Of a stretch of DNA of 64,000 nucleotides, positions 1-13,475 are shown one piece after another. The notes under the pieces were generated by a model. That model searched no databases. It worked only from the letters and a program-made list of their open reading frames with translations, and had not been told where the DNA came from. The number at the start of each line of letters is the position of its first letter. Position 1 is the stretch's first letter. A program made the position numbers and the translations under genes. Where the stretch lies: positions 57,352,001 to 57,416,000 of the forward strand of contig CM059438.1 in NCBI GenBank assembly GCA_030390025.1, in the 5' to 3' direction. This DNA is from Squalus acanthias. Lineage: Eukaryota.

Positions 1-1247
1 AAATCGTGTTTAACTAACTTGATCGAGTTTTTTGATGAGGTAACAGAGAGGGTTGATGAGGGTAACGCAGTTGACGCAGTGTACATGGATTTCCAAAAGG
101 TGTTCAACAAAGTGCCACATAATAGGCTTGCCAGCAAAATTGAAGTCCATGGAATAAAAGGGACCGTGGCAGCCTGGATACGAAATTGGCTAAGAGACAG
201 GAAACAGAGAGTAGTGGTGAACGGTTGTTTTTCGGACTGGAGGAAGGTACACAGTGGTGTTCACCAGGGATTGGTTCTAGGACCACTGCTTTTCTTGATA
301 TATATTAATGACTTGGACGTGGGTTTACAGGGCACAATTTAAAAATTTGCAGATGACACAAAACTTGGAAGTATAGTGAACAGTAAGGAGGAGCATGATA
401 GACTTCAGGAAGACATGGTGAAATGGGCAGACACATGGCAGATGAAATTTAACGCAGAAAAGTGTTAAGTGATGCATTTTGGTAGAAAGAATGAGGAGAG
501 GACATATAAACTAAATGGTACAATCCTGAAGGGGATGCACGAACAGAGAGACCTATGTATGTGTGCATAAAATTGTTGAAGGTGGCAGGGCAGATTGAGA
601 AAGCAGTTAAAAAGGCTTACGGGATCCTGGGCTTCATGAATAGAGGCATAGAGTACAAAAGTGTGGAAATTATGATGAACCTGTATAAAACACTGGTTCG
701 GCCCCAACTGGAGTACTGTGTCCAATTCTGGGCACCACACTTTAGGAAGGATGTGAAGGCCTTAGAGAGGGTGCAGAAAAGGTTTACGAGAATGATTCTA
801 GGAATGAGGGACTTCAGGTACGTTGATAGACTGGAGAAGCTGGGATTGTTCTCCTTGGAGCAGAGAAGATTGAAAGGAGATTTGATAGAGATGTTCAAAA
901 TCATGAGAGGTCTGGACAGGGTAGATAGAGAGAAACTGTTCCCATTGGCAGAAGGGTTGAGAACCAGAGGGCACAGATTTAAAGTGATTGGCAAAAGAAC
1001 CTAAGGCGACATAAGAAAAAACTTTTTTACGCAGCGAGTGGTTAAGATCTGGAATGCACTGCCTGAAAGGATGGTGGAGGCAGACTCAATCTTATCTTTC
1101 AAAAGGGAGTTGGATAAGTACCTGAAGGAAAAAAATTGCAGGGCTACGGGGAAAGGGTAGGGGAGTGGGACTAGCTGAGAGTTGGCATGGGCACGACGGG
1201 CCGAATGGCCTTCTTCCATGCTGTAACCATTCTATGATTCTATGATT
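1..1247 (+). mobile_element. CR1 LINE 3' fragment (RT C-terminal part and 3' UTR), decayed
   Basis: ORFs 19-342 and 555-1004 carry CR1 RT motifs (VDAVYMDFQK, QGLVLGPLLFLIYINDL, LVRPQLEYCVQFW); ends in (TTCTATGA)n tail. Confidence 0.93.
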
Positions 1248-3447
1248 AACTTTCTGAATTTGCACTCCTGGTAGAGCACCTCATCCATAGGATGAACATT
1301 AGGGACATTTAAGGGGGAATTTTAACAGTAAAGAGCATGTGGGCTGGGGTTCGGGAAGGTTATTAAAATTGGCAAAATTGGCAGCGTGTCCGGAAGCCGG
1401 CACCAACATGCCGACGTCAGGGTTTAACTCAGGCGTGTTTTGATGCATGTGTATAACCCCCTCCATAAAGGTGGGTTACTGCTTATAATATTTAAATGAG
1501 TCAATTTCAATGAGATCTTGTTGGGTATTTAAATTTAACATCACATGCACGGGTTTTCCCAGGCTTCCTGAAACTCGCCATTGAAAGGAAGGCGAGAAGA
1601 TTGTACAACAACTCATGGGGCTCATTAAAAATCAGGCATACGGACATCAATAAATACTCAGTGCTCACAACTACACATACGTGGCAATACTTGCACCCCC
1701 AGATCAACCAATAAAGCCCAAGAGCGGTACAACGACAGCCATATGACCACCAGATGTGTCATTGAGCAAGATTTCTACGCATCAACCAAGAATGCGCAAC
1801 ACAGGAAAGTGGTACAAAGTAATACATTTTATGTGATTCTACTAAACAACGGAAACTTAACAACATAACATTTTCTCATACACCCATGTGCATACCCTTG
1901 TTGAACTACAAAGCTTTCCTCTTCCTTTTCCTACGGCTCCTACGTGGTGCAACCCCTGTGGTTTCAGCAGAGGTAAAGGCAGGCTGCTCAGATCACTGCT
2001 CTGACTGTTGCGATGCTCTTGGCTGATGCCCTCGGGGTGTTGGAGCCTGTAAGGGTCCCACCAAAGACTCCTCCACCTGCACCTGTGCAGGGGCAGACTC
2101 AGCCATCGGGAGAGGAGGCAGCATGTTGGGTACTGACTGAAGTGGGGGCAACGGATGAGAAGTGGGAGCGCTTTGAGTGGAGTCCCCACTTCCATATCCC
2201 CTTTCACCATCATCCCTCTAATGGCCCAGCTGCACTTCACTCCTACTGCTCTACTGGAGAGCAGCTTGGTGCAGATCAGTGACGCTCTGTAAGGCCAAAG
2301 CTAAGGTGTCTGTCATCCTATTTAAGGTGCTAGACATGTTGGCATCCAGAGTCTACATGGCCATGGTCAAAGCCTGCATGAACTCATTTGATTGCCGAGA
2401 TTGATCTTCCACGGAGTTGGCCACTCTATCCATGGAAGAAGACATCGTCGCAATGCCCTGCGACATCAACTCACTCATGCTTGAGCTGGACTCCTCCATT
2501 CTCTCTAGAGTTGTTGACAGTGTGCGTAGAAGATGTTGATTTTCTGCTGCGCCTTAATGATTATCCTTTTCATCAATGGCCCCCGGGTTACAGCATCTGC
2601 TGAGCAGAGCTTGGAGAAGGCTGCTCCCTCCAACGTGGACTCTCCACAGCAGTCCCTGCCACCACTGTCTGCTTGTGCTTACTTGCGAACTGTAAGTCAC
2701 CAGGTGAAAAACCCAACTAACTGCCTAGTTGGACCCAACAAAGTGCGAGTAACTGCGTTGGTGCATGGTCAGCACGAGTCCTGTGATGGTGCACCCTTGA
2801 AAGGAATCAGCTCCTCTAAGGAATCGTCATCGCAGAGGTCCACCAACTGCTGATGTATGTGTGAAGGCCCTGTGTGAGAGAAAAGACATGAATTAGTACT
2901 GGCAAGGTAAGAATGCTGCAACTTAGCATTATGAAGATGGTCATATTTCACTCACTGTTGAAATCAAGTCAACATGAGTGAGTGTTGTATGACATGATAT
3001 TTAATTTTGTCACCAGGTAGCTGGGAAGTCCCAATCTCTCTATCTCCTATCGTCAGGGATGCTGAAACGCCACTGATCTCCAGCGCTTCCTCCTCTGTAT
3101 TTGTGAGCTGGGAAATCTGTGGAGGACCACCTCCGGCACACCCAGCCCAGCTGACCCTGCAAAGTCCTCCTCATTAACATCTGGGGGCTGGTGCCAAAAT
3201 TGGGAGAGCTGTCCCACAGACTAGTCAAGTAACAGCCTGACATAGTCACACTCACAGAATTATATCTATCAGCCAACGTCCCAGACTCCTCCATCACCAT
3301 CCCTGGGTATGTCCTGTCCTACCAGCAGGACAGACCCACCAGAGGTGGCGGCACAGTGGTATACAATCAGTGGGAGGTGGCCCTGGGAGTCCTCAACATT
3401 GACTTCAGACCTCAGGAAGTCTCATGGTATCAGGTCAAACATGGGCA

Positions 3448-3995
3448 AAGAGATCATGCTAGAACTTTATAAATCACTGGTTAAGCCACAGTTGGAGAAT
3501 TGTGGACAATTCTGGGCAACACACTGGATGTTACCAGGGATGAGGGACTTCAGTTATGAGGAGAGTTTGGAAAAGTTAAGACTGTTCTCCTTGGAACAGA
3601 GAAGGTTAAGAGGTGTCCTGATAGAGGTTTTCAAGACGATGAGAGGTTTTGATAGAGTAGATAGAGAAAAATTATTCCTTCTGGCGAGTGGGTCAATAAC
3701 TAGAGATCATAGATTCAAAATCATTGGTGAAAGATCTGGAGGGGAGATGAGGAGAAATTTCTTCACTCAGAGAGTTGTCCGGATCTGGAACGCTCTACCT
3801 GAAAAGGTGATAGAAGCTGATTCCATAAATAATTTTAAAAGGGAGTTGGACACGTACTTGAGGATGTGGAACTTACAGGGTTATGGACAAAAAGCGGGGA
3901 TGTGGGACTAAGCACGGCTGCTTTTTCAAAGATGCAGCACAGGCATGATGGGCCAAATGTCCTCCTTCTGTGCTGTAAGTTTCTATGGTTCTATG
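3448..3995 (+). mobile_element. 5'-truncated CR1 3' end nested in LINE family A
   Basis: LYKSLVKPQLE...NFFTQRVVRIWNALP and TTCTATG tail. Confidence 0.9.
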
Positions 3996-6213
3996 AAACC
4001 TTCTGCTGAATACCACCTACTCCCTCAGCTGATGAATCAGTACTCCTCCATGTTAAACACTACTTGGAGGAAGTACTGAGGGTTGCAAGGGCACAGAATG
4101 TACTCTGGGTGGGGGACTTGAAATTCAATCGCCAAGCGTGGCTTGGTAGTACCACCACTGACTGAGCTGACCGAGTCCTGAAGGACAGACTGGGCCTGCG
4201 GCAGATGATGAGAGAACCAACACGAGGGAATAACCTACTGACCTTGTCCTCACCAATGTACCTGTTGCAGATGTATCTGTCCATGATGGTATTGGTAGGA
4301 TTGAACACTGCACAGCTTTTGTGGACACCAAGTCCTGTCTTCACACTGAGGACACCCTTCATCGTGTTGTGTGGCACTACCACAGTGCTAAGTGGGATAG
4401 ATTAAGAACAGATCTAGCAGCTCAAAACTGGGCATCCATGAGGCGCTATGGGCCATCATCAGCAGCTGAATTGTATTCCACCATAACCTGTACCCTCATG
4501 GCCTGGTATATCCATCACTCCTCCATCACCATCAAGCCAGACAACCAATCATGGTTTAATGAGGAATGTAGAAGAGCATGCCAGGAGTAGCATCAGGCGT
4601 ACCTGAAAATTATGTGCCAACCTGGTGAAGCTACAACATAGGACTACACCTATGCTAAACAGCGGAAGCAGCATGCTATAGACAGAGCTAAGCGATCCCA
4701 TACCAACGGATCAGATCAAAGCTCTGCAGTCCTGCTACATTCATTCACAAATGATTATGGAAAGTTATGCAACTCACAGAAGGTGGAGGCTCCATGAATA
4801 TCCCCATCCTCAATGATGGTGGAGCCCAGCACGTGAGTGCAAAAGACAAGCTTGAAGCATTCGAAACTATCTTCGGCCAGAAGTGCCAAGTGGATGATCC
4901 TTCTCGGCCTCCACCTTAAGCAAATTCGATTCACTCCACGTGATATCAAGAAATGGTTGAGTGCAATGGACACATCAAAGGCTACAGGTCCCGACAACAT
5001 CCCAGCTGTAGTGCTGAAGACCTGTGCTCCAGAACTAGCTGTGCCTCTAGCCAAGCTGTTCCAGTACAGCTACAACACTAGTATCTACCTGACAATGTGG
5101 AAAATTGCCCAGGTATGTCCTGCCCACAAAAAGCAGGACAAATCCAACCCGCCCAATTACGATCCTATCAGCCTACTCTCAATCATCAGCAAAGTGATGG
5201 AAGGAGGCATCAACAGTCGTCAAGCAGCACCTACTCACCAATAATCTGCTCACTGATTCTCAATTTGGATTCTGCCAGGACTACTCTGCTTCTGACCTCA
5301 TTGCAGCCTTGGTCCAAACATGGACAAAAGAGCTGAATTCCAGAGGCGAGGTGAGAGTGATTGCACTTGACATCAAGGCAGCATTTGACCGAGTGTGGCA
5401 CCAAGGAGCCCTCGTAAAACTGAAGTCAATGAGGATCGGAGAAAACGCTCCAGCGGCTGGATCATACCTAGCACAAAGGAAGATGATTGTGGTTGTTGTG
5501 ATCACCACTGGGACAGGCTCCACCTGAACCAGAATGGGACCAGAGTTCTAGCCGAAATTATAACTCGGGCTGTGGATAAGAGTTTACATGAGTAAGACAG
5601 GGAGAGGGATCTGGTGAAAATAACATAAGCCTGAAGATAAAAGAAATAGGAAATGAGAGTAAAGGTAAGTAATAAGGTAAGTAATAAGGTTAACATAAAC
5701 AATCAGGAAACATGTATAAAATGACTTAAAAATAAAAGTGAGTGGAATGATTAATAAATACATCAGAACATAATAAGGTTTAAAATAATGATTGAGAAAG
5801 ACATAAGTAAGACAAAGACCAAAGTAACAGATTGGAATAAAGCTAATTTTGAGGGGTGAGAATGGAACTGGGGAAGGTAAACTGGAAAAAAATGTTGACA
5901 AACTAAAAGATAGAACAACAGTGGGAAATATTTAAAAAGATGGTCAATAGAGTTCAGGAAAAATAAATTTGCTAAAAAAAACAAAGTAGCCAATAATAAC
6001 ACACCGTGGCTGAATCAAGAGATAAGGGTAAAATTGAAACTAACAAAAAAGGCATTCACTAAGTACATAGACAATAAAGCAAAGGACGAACAAAGGGAAT
6101 ATGAAGAGGTTAGGAAAGATATCAAAAAAACTATTAGAAAAGCAAGGAGGATCTACAAAATTAAATTGTCAAGGAATATAAAAAGAAATAGTAAAGTATT
6201 CTACAGACACTTA

Positions 6214-6318
6214 GGGCTGGATTTTGAAGCTGGGGTCGGGTTGGTGTCGTGAATCACACATTCTGGCTTGTGAACCCGCCTCCAAACCCGACTCCACGGG
6301 TCATTGAAAATCCAGCCC
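6214..6318. mobile_element. 105-bp Harbinger-type MITE
   Basis: TIR GGGCTGGATTTT / AAAATCCAGCCC with 3-bp flanks TTA/ATA; interrupts CR1 sequence. Confidence 0.85.
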
Positions 6319-7125
6319 ATAGATAGCAAAAGAAAAATCAGGATAGGGATAGGGCCCCTCAGGGATGAACAAGATAGACGCACAGGGAATGACAGCAAAA
6401 TGGCAGAAATATTGAATAGTTACTTTGCCTTGGTATTTACCAGGAGACTAACAGGGTGGGCATGACATTAGAAGAAGAGATCAAAAAAGATATAAAGACA
6501 TTTAAAATTGAAAGGGGGAGATCATTGATAAACTCATCAAACATAGAGACCCCTGGTCTGGATGGATTGCATCCGCGCATATTAAAAGAAGTTAGGAAAG
6601 AGATAGCAGAGTCACTATTGCATATATGTAGAAATTCATTAGTAAAGGGAATAGTGCCAGAGAACTGGCGGACAGCTAATGTAATTCCTATATTTAAAAA
6701 GGGAGATAGAACAAGTCCAGGGAACTATAGGGCAGTTAACTTAACGTCGGTAGTAGGAAAAATAATGTACTACTCAAAGATGTCATAGAAAAACATCTAG
6801 AAACTGAAAATATTAATAAAGAATAGTCAGCATGGATTTCAAAAGGAAGGTCATGCTTGAAGAAGTAACTGAAAAGTAGTGTAAAGCGGTAGATGTAATA
6901 TATTTGGATTTTCAAAAGGCCTTTGATAAGGTATCACATAGCAGACTCATGACTAAGGTTACAGCGTGTGCAGTCAGGGGACAGGTAGCAAAATGTCTAG
7001 CAACTGACTACAAAACAGAAAACAGAGAGTAGGGGTTAAGGGTAGTTACACAGACTGGCAAAAGTGTTATTCCACAAGGATCTGTGCTGGGACCACTGTT
7101 GTTCACCATTTACATATAAGATTCA

Positions 7126-7689
7126 GGGCGCAAAATTGTGATCGTTAGCGCTCATTTTTTGGGCGCGCGCAGTGAACATTCGCCGGAAGTATGCAAAGCA
7201 GGCAGATCATGACATCAATCAGCGTGCAATGCTGATTTGCCGCAAGCGGTGCCATTTTGGAGTTCAATGCTCCAGCTAACACCCTCTCTTAACCAGCAGC
7301 CACCAACGCTATTTAAAGGGATCATCAACTACTTATAGGCTAGTTGCTGGCTGATTTCTTCTGGCTGTTGCTATGATTCTACAAATGTTTGGTACTTTCT
7401 ATAATTGTTTCAAGTTGCAAAAGTCTACAGGGAGTGGTGTGGCAGGTGCTGAAGAACTTTTTGTTGACTTCAAGGCTTCTGCACAAACCACTTGCTGCCA
7501 GACATGGGTCCACTAGTAGGCACTCTCCTTGAAATACAGCATGACTTGGAGAATGAACAGAGGCCATGCAGAGCAGGACAAGCTGCTGGAAGAAGTTGGC
7601 GTGCTGCCTGCATTTCAATCAACGAGCGCGGGTTAATTGTGCATCGCGATCCCCGTGTCCCTTTTCGGGGGCTATACAATTTAGCCCCC
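7126..7689. mobile_element. Non-autonomous Harbinger-type element
   Basis: Ends GGGCGCAAAATTGT / ACAATTTAGCCCCC; interrupts the CR1 YINDLD coding segment, which resumes at 7690. Confidence 0.75.
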
Positions 7690-8294
7690 TTGGACTCAGG
7701 AATTGGAAGTACAATTTCAAAATTTGCAGACAACACCAAATTGGGGGGTATAGTTAATACTGAGGACAACTGCAACAAAATACAAGAAGACTTTAATAAA
7801 CTTGCAAAATGGGTGTGTAATTGGTAAATCTATTTCAATATAGATAAATGTGAGGTGGTGGATTTTGGTGGGAAGAATAAGGAGGACACATACTCCTTGG
7901 AAAATAAGGGTCTAAATGGGGTAGAGGAGCAAAGGGATCAAGGGGTACAGATACACAAATCACTAAAAGTAGTGACACAGGTTATAAGGCCGTAAATTTC
8001 TAGAGAGATAGGGGGCGATTTTCCCACTGGAGGCGAGTTTCAGTTTTGGTGGGTTTGAAACTCGCCTCCACTGATAGGTTTCAAAATTTTGCGATTTTCC
8101 CATGATTGTCCACTTCATTTCAGAGGTGTGGGATGCCTTGCTCAATTAGTGTTTTGGGACTGAAGCTCGCCTCTGTTGACAGCACTTTTCCAGTCTGATT
8201 TTATGGCTTCTTGCTCCCTGGGTTCACTCCACAGCATTTCTGCTTCTCCTGCACCACTTCCAACATCTTTTGAGATACCTATGTCCAATTCCAA

Positions 8295-8460
8295 GGCAAG
8301 GGCCTAACCGAGGCTCTCAGATGAGGTGCTGCAAATGTTGTTTGAGGGGGTGAGAACTAGCATGGAGGTGCTCTTCCACTCATCTCGGAGGAAGAGGCCT
8401 GCCAAAGAAACCAAGGCTGTGGGGGTACAGCTGGCAAGGGATATAACCTCCAGATCTGTG
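8295..8460 (+). pseudogene. Truncated Myb/SANT-like DNA-binding partner gene of Harbinger
   Basis: PRLSDEVLQMLFEGVRTSMEVLFHSSRRKRP resembles the Myb/SANT N-terminus at 39684. Confidence 0.7.
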
Positions 8461-8827
8461 TGCAGATTGGGAGACTGTTTCTGTGTATTGATGAAATGCC
8501 ATCCCTGTTGGAAAGCCAAAATGTTGGTGTTATGCCATCTGTTGTTTCGCCTTAGGAAGCTCCACATTGCGGGCACCACCACACTTGCGTTGTCTGGTTG
8601 GTGGCCTAAGTGAAAGGAGGCCAGAGAGTCATGTCCATTGTCAATGAAGTCCTAGGATGGAGCCAAGGACATGTGCCAACTTGGGCAACCTATGCAAATC
8701 TGGCCATGATAAGTTCATCCCTTGCATCCCTGGCAGCCATGTGCTTGCGTGCTGCCACTGCCGCTGGTCGATACACCAGCGCTCTGACCTCCTCCTGCTC
8801 CTCCTCCTCCTCCAGAGCCTCCTCCTC

Positions 8828-9760
8828 CTACTCAGCCTCCTCCTCCTCCCCCGCCTCCTCATCTTCATCTGAGGAGGGCTGGAACTGAGCCGCTTGCTCA
8901 TTAGGAAGCTGCAAGCCACGACGCTGTGCGATGTTGTGCAGTGTACAGCAGACCACAACCATTCTGGAGACCCTGTATGGTGTATACTGCAGAGCTCCAC
9001 CTGATCGGTCAAGGCAACGGAAGCGCATCTTCAGCAACCCAATGGTCTGCTCTGTGATGGACCTGGTCGAAGTGTGGCTGGCGTTGTAGCGCTCTTCAGC
9101 CTCGTTAGCTGGCCTCCTGATCGACCTCATTAGCCACCTCTTCAGGGGATAGCCTTTGTCACCAAGGAGCCATCCATTAAGTTGGTTTGGTGGATTGAAA
9201 AGCGGAGGAACATTAGAGTGCCGCAGGATGAAAGAGTCATGGCAACTTCCACAGAACTTGGCGCAAACATGCAAGAACGCCTTCTTGTGGTTACACACCA
9301 GCTGTACGTTGAGGGAGTGGAAGCCCTTTCGGTTGCCAAAGATAGCTGGGTTGTGATGGGGCACCCTAAGGGCCACATGTGTGCAGTCTATGAAGCCCTG
9401 CACCATTGGCATGCCTGCCATATTTGCGAATCCAACCGAACGGGCGGTTATACTTGCTTGATCCCTTGTGAACTGGATGTAACTGTTGGACTTAGCAAAA
9501 AGGCCATCGGTAACCTGGGTGATGCAACTGTGGGCGGCTGACTGGGAGATGCCGCTGATGTCTGCTGATGATCCCTGGAAGGAGCCTGAGGCAAAAAAGT
9601 TGAGTGCGGTGGTGACTTTGATAGCCACTGGTAAGGGGTGTCCACCCATTCCTCTGGGCACCAGGTCTTGCTGCAGCAGGCCGCAGATCTCTCGGACAAC
9701 CTCTCGCGAAAGTCTCAGCCTCCTTTGGCACTGCTGCTCAGTCATGTTGAGGTAGCTCAT
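8828..9760 (-). CDS. Harbinger (HARBI1-like, DDE_Tnp_4) transposase, 310-aa open core; upstream N-terminus disrupted
   Basis: Motifs [61 protein letters not shown], acidic tail; upstream frame [13 protein letters not shown] is preceded by a TAG and a frameshift. Confidence 0.9.
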   Translation of the reverse strand: MSYLNMTEQQCQRRLRLSREVVREICGLLQQDLVPRGMGGHPLPVAIKVTTALNFFASGSFQGSSADISGISQSAAHSCITQVTDGLFAKSNSYIQFTRDQASITARSVGFANMAGMPMVQGFIDCTHVALRVPHHNPAIFGNRKGFHSLNVQLVCNHKKAFLHVCAKFCGSCHDSFILRHSNVPPLFNPPNQLNGWLLGDKGYPLKRWLMRSIRRPANEAEERYNASHTSTRSITEQTIGLLKMRFRCLDRSGGALQYTPYRVSRMVVVCCTLHNIAQRRGLQLPNEQAAQFQPSSDEDEEAGEEEEAE

Positions 9761-12700
9761 CCTTTGTCTGTAAACCCTCTGTGGGGGGTATCTCCTGCGG
9801 CGAGGTGCCTCGATGCGCTAGTGCTTTCTGCCCTGTACAGCATCAGGTGGCTGAACAGGAGGTTGGGGCTCCTGCTGATGTTGCTCCTGAGCTGCCTGGG
9901 TTCTGCTGCTGCCCTGGATGTTCCTCATCCTCATCTGAGGTCCATGGTGAAAGAAAATGAATGGTCCCCATGCTGCTTGTAGATGCCTCCTTTGGGGAAG
10001 CGCTCATTGCAAGCGGGAAGAGGGTCTTCCAAGGAGGTCCCACAGTTGATGGAGTCAAGCTGCAGCACCTCTGACTTCGGAAGGCCTTCTAAAAGAGCTC
10101 AGAGACCTTTTAAAGCCAAGGTCTGGCACCTGCAAGTAATTCTTGCTGCAGTAAACGATGTCTTGTTAGACCTGCAGTAGTGAGGAGGCCACCCACGAGT
10201 CAACCCACCAGGTTTACCTGGCGTGGTTCAGGAGTTGCGTGGAGCACACCGAAAAGCTGGGAAATTCACGAGGGCCTCTCAAAATAGGCTTAGAGAGGCC
10301 CTTAACAAGTATTTAAGGAAGTTAATTAGCGCAATGGCCAGCTGGAGGCGGGAGCGTTTCCCGACCTCCAAAACCGGCACCGGCAAAATCCCACAGAGGC
10401 GAGTTGGAGGCGGGTTCCGAACCCGACCTCTTTGAATCTAATTTTCCCGCCTTTCCTGACTCCAAACCCGCCTCCTCCGACGTCAGAAAATCGCCCCCAT
10501 AGAATTGAAAAGCAGAGAGTTATGTTAAACTTGTATAGAACCTTGGTTAGACCACACTTAGAGTACTGTGCACATATTAAATATTAAATAAAGGATATAG
10601 TGGTACTGGAGAAGGTGCAAAAAATATTTACAAGAGGCTATACCTATCAGGAAAGATTGAACAGGCTGGGGTTCTTTTATCTAGAAAAGAGAAGGCTGCG
10701 GGGTGACTGAACAGAGATCTTTAAGATTATGAAAGAGTTTGATCGGTTAGACGTTGAGAAAATGTTTCCACTTGTGGGGAAGACCAAAACTAGGGGCCAT
10801 AAATATAAGATAGTCACTAATAAATCCAATAAGGAATTCAGGAGAAACTTCGATAGTCAGAGAGTGGTGAGAATGTGGAAGTCGCTACCATATAGTTGAG
10901 GCGAATCGCATAGATGTATTTAAGGGGAAGCTAGAGAAACACATGAGGGAGAAAGGAATAGAATGTTATGCTGATAGGGTTAGATAAAGAGGGGTGGGAG
11001 GAAACTCATGTGGAGCATAAACACTGGCATAGACTTATTGGGCCGAATACCCACTTTCTGTGCTGTACATTCTATGTAATTCTATGTAATCATTAAACCC
11101 TAGGACATCGTGTAGGAGTTCCTTAGGGCAGTGTCCTAGGCTCAACTATCTTCAGCTGTCTCATCAATGACCTTCCATCCATCATAAGGTCAGAAGTGGG
11201 GCTGTTCGTTGGTGATTGCACAGTGTTCAGCTCCATTTGCAACTCCTTGGCTAATGAAGCAGCCCATTCCCGCATGCAGCAAGACCAGGACAACATCCAG
11301 GCTTGGGCTGATATGTGGCAAGTAAGATTCGCATCACACAAGTGTCTGGCAATGACCATCTCCAGCAAGAGAGTCTAACCACCTCCCAATGACATTCAAT
11401 GGCATTACCATCACCAAATCCCCCACCATCAATATCCTAGGGGTTGCCATTGACCAGAAACTCAACTGGACCAGCCACATAAACTACTTTGAACATCCAT
11501 TCCCTCCACCACAGGCGTATCGCAGCTGCAGTGTGTACCAACTACAAGATGCACTACAGCAACTTGCCAAGGCTTCTTCAGCGGCACCTCCAAAACCTGT
11601 GACCTTCACCAACTAGAAGGACAAGGGCAGCAGGCGCATGGGAACACCACCACCTTCAAGTTCCCCTCCAAGTCACACACCATCCTGACTTGGAAATATA
11701 TCGCCGATCCTTCATCATCGCTGGATCAAAACCCTGGAGTTCCCTGCCTAACAGCACTGTGGGAGTACCTTCACCACACAGCTGCAGCAGTTCAAGAAGG
11801 TGGCCCACCACCACCTTCTCAAGGGCAACCAGAGATGGGCAACAAACGATGACTTTGCCAGCGATGCCCACATCCCAAGAAATCATTTTTTTTAAAACCT
11901 CTTGTTCCTACTGGCCCCACAAATGAATGAAAAACACCTAGCTTTATCATCCATTTCTGAGGCTGATCTCTTCTGTCCTGGGTTGGCCTGGTGAGAAAGC
12001 CACAGCGGCTTCCTTGCTCAGGCCTCAGTTAAAATGGCAGTTGGGTCTTGATGATGTCATTGGTGCATAGGTAAAGAAGGACTTTGCCCACTTTCGGCGG
12101 ATGTCCTTCCCGCCTGCTCAGGAGAGGAGGTTAAAATCACAGACAGTGGGATCCTGGCGGCTCCAGGGCGAATAAGTAACTCAGGGCATTTTAACTGCCT
12201 ACATGCTGGTTTCTGCCAGGCAGGTAAGGTGAAAATCGCTCCTAGAGTTCTTGAAAGACCATGAGGTGTTTTTAATGTCAATGTTTCTATGGAAGAATTT
12301 TTTTGCCCTTTATACTAATTTAACTGTTAATTTATGTGCTTAACAATTATTAACACTGCTAGTAAATGTTGAGCAAGCAATTGAATCAAAAGCTATGACA
12401 GAACAAGGGATAGAAGACTGCTGTGTGCACTGCAGTTTGCTATTAAGTGGTGAGCACAAACAGGGGGAACCTGAATAATTCAGCCGTAGGCACAGTCAGA
12501 GCATTGCTCCAGAATACTCACCATAGAACTGACAAGGCCAGCTGCAGTAAGTTTAACAAAACACAGACAATCATCAGGCAGGGATTCAGGGAGCTGATAA
12601 TGGGCTTTGTTCAAAATGCCAACTGATCTGCAGTAGCATGTGTGGAGAAGCACAGGAGCAGGCAAATGATGATCATGTTAGCGGTACCTCTGTGCCACCA

Positions 12701-13229
12701 CAATATCCTACACAAGCAGCAACAGGTACTGCTCTGGAAACTATTGAGCCCTCAGGGACTAGTTAAGGTTACGACGACTGCATCTCTTAAGGGAAAATTA
12801 AATAAACATTTGAAGCAAAGAAAGATACAGGGCTATGGGGAAAGAGTAGGGCAGTGGAATTAGTTTTGAAGTGCTCTAGCAAACAGCCATCACACATTTA
12901 CGGTGGTCGAAACGGTCTTGTGTACTATAAAGTTGTAAGATTCTATGGCGAATCAATATGTAGAAGTTCACGAATCACAAGATCAACTTAAACAATAGTA
13001 GGAACACACATAGAACACACATCACATGCACTGCAACATTATATGCACTATAATACCAAATGCACTGTAACAACAACTTGCATTTATATATTGTAGCATC
13101 TTTACCATCGGAAAATGTCTCAAAGCACTTCACTGAGATGTAATCAAAAAAAATGTTTATTTACTTTTCCTACAAAAGATTAAATGGTCTCAGACTGAAA
13201 TATAAAGCCATATGCTCGAAACACTCTAT

Positions 13230-13360
13230 CCACTGTAACATCACAAGGACTGCAACATCACATACATTGTAATATCACATGTACTGTGACACCACATGTA
13301 CTGCAATATCACATGGACTGTGACACCACATGGACTGTGACACCATATGTACTGTAATAT
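13230..13360. repeat. 17-bp minisatellite (CACATGTACTGTGACAC), left part
   Basis: Tandem degenerate copies; array continues at 20126-20215. Confidence 0.8.
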
Positions 13361-13475
13361 TACATAGGATTACATATGATATACGGCACAGAAACAGGCC
13401 ATTCATAGTCATACGGCACAGAAGGAGGCCATTCGGCTCATCGAGTCCGTGCTGGCTCTCTGTAGAGCAATCCAG

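Larger units (their letters stand above)
8011..10498. mobile_element. PIF/Harbinger DNA transposon
   Basis: Perfect 13-bp TIR GGGGGCGATTTTC / GAAAATCGCCCCC, ATA TSD at 8008-8010 and 10499-10501, transposase plus Myb/SANT remnant in convergent orientation. Confidence 0.95.
5502..11090 (+). mobile_element. AT-rich CR1 LINE (decayed ORF2 and 3' tail), host of three Harbinger insertions
   Basis: PGLDGLHPRILKE, GNYRAVNLTSVVGK, SKFADNTKLGG motifs; (TTCTATGTAA)n tail at about 11070-11090. Confidence 0.88.
3120..11890 (+). mobile_element. CR1-clade LINE family A (APE-RT), interrupted by two other CR1 insertions
   Basis: APE-like segment 3130-3447 resumes at 3996; RT motifs KATGPDNIP, ALDIKAAFDRVWH to about 5500; resumes at about 11090 with QGSVLG; 3' tail matches the copy at 48905-51207. 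Confidence 0.85.
1313..12242. mobile_element. Probable old PIF/Harbinger element, split by nested LINEs
   Basis: Left end GGGGGAATTTTAAC after TAA and right end GTGAAAATCGCTCC before TAG resemble Harbinger TIRs seen elsewhere in the window; 1860-2860 resembles a decayed minus-strand Myb/SANT partner gene; pairing of the two ends is inferred. Confidence 0.4.

Noticed and set aside
3309..3911. 200-aa fusion ORF
   Set aside because: Chance read-through across the junction of two different LINEs
8828..9760. Domesticated HARBI1 host gene
   Set aside because: Flanked by TIRs and TSD inside a CR1 and has a disrupted N-terminus, so it is a transposon copy
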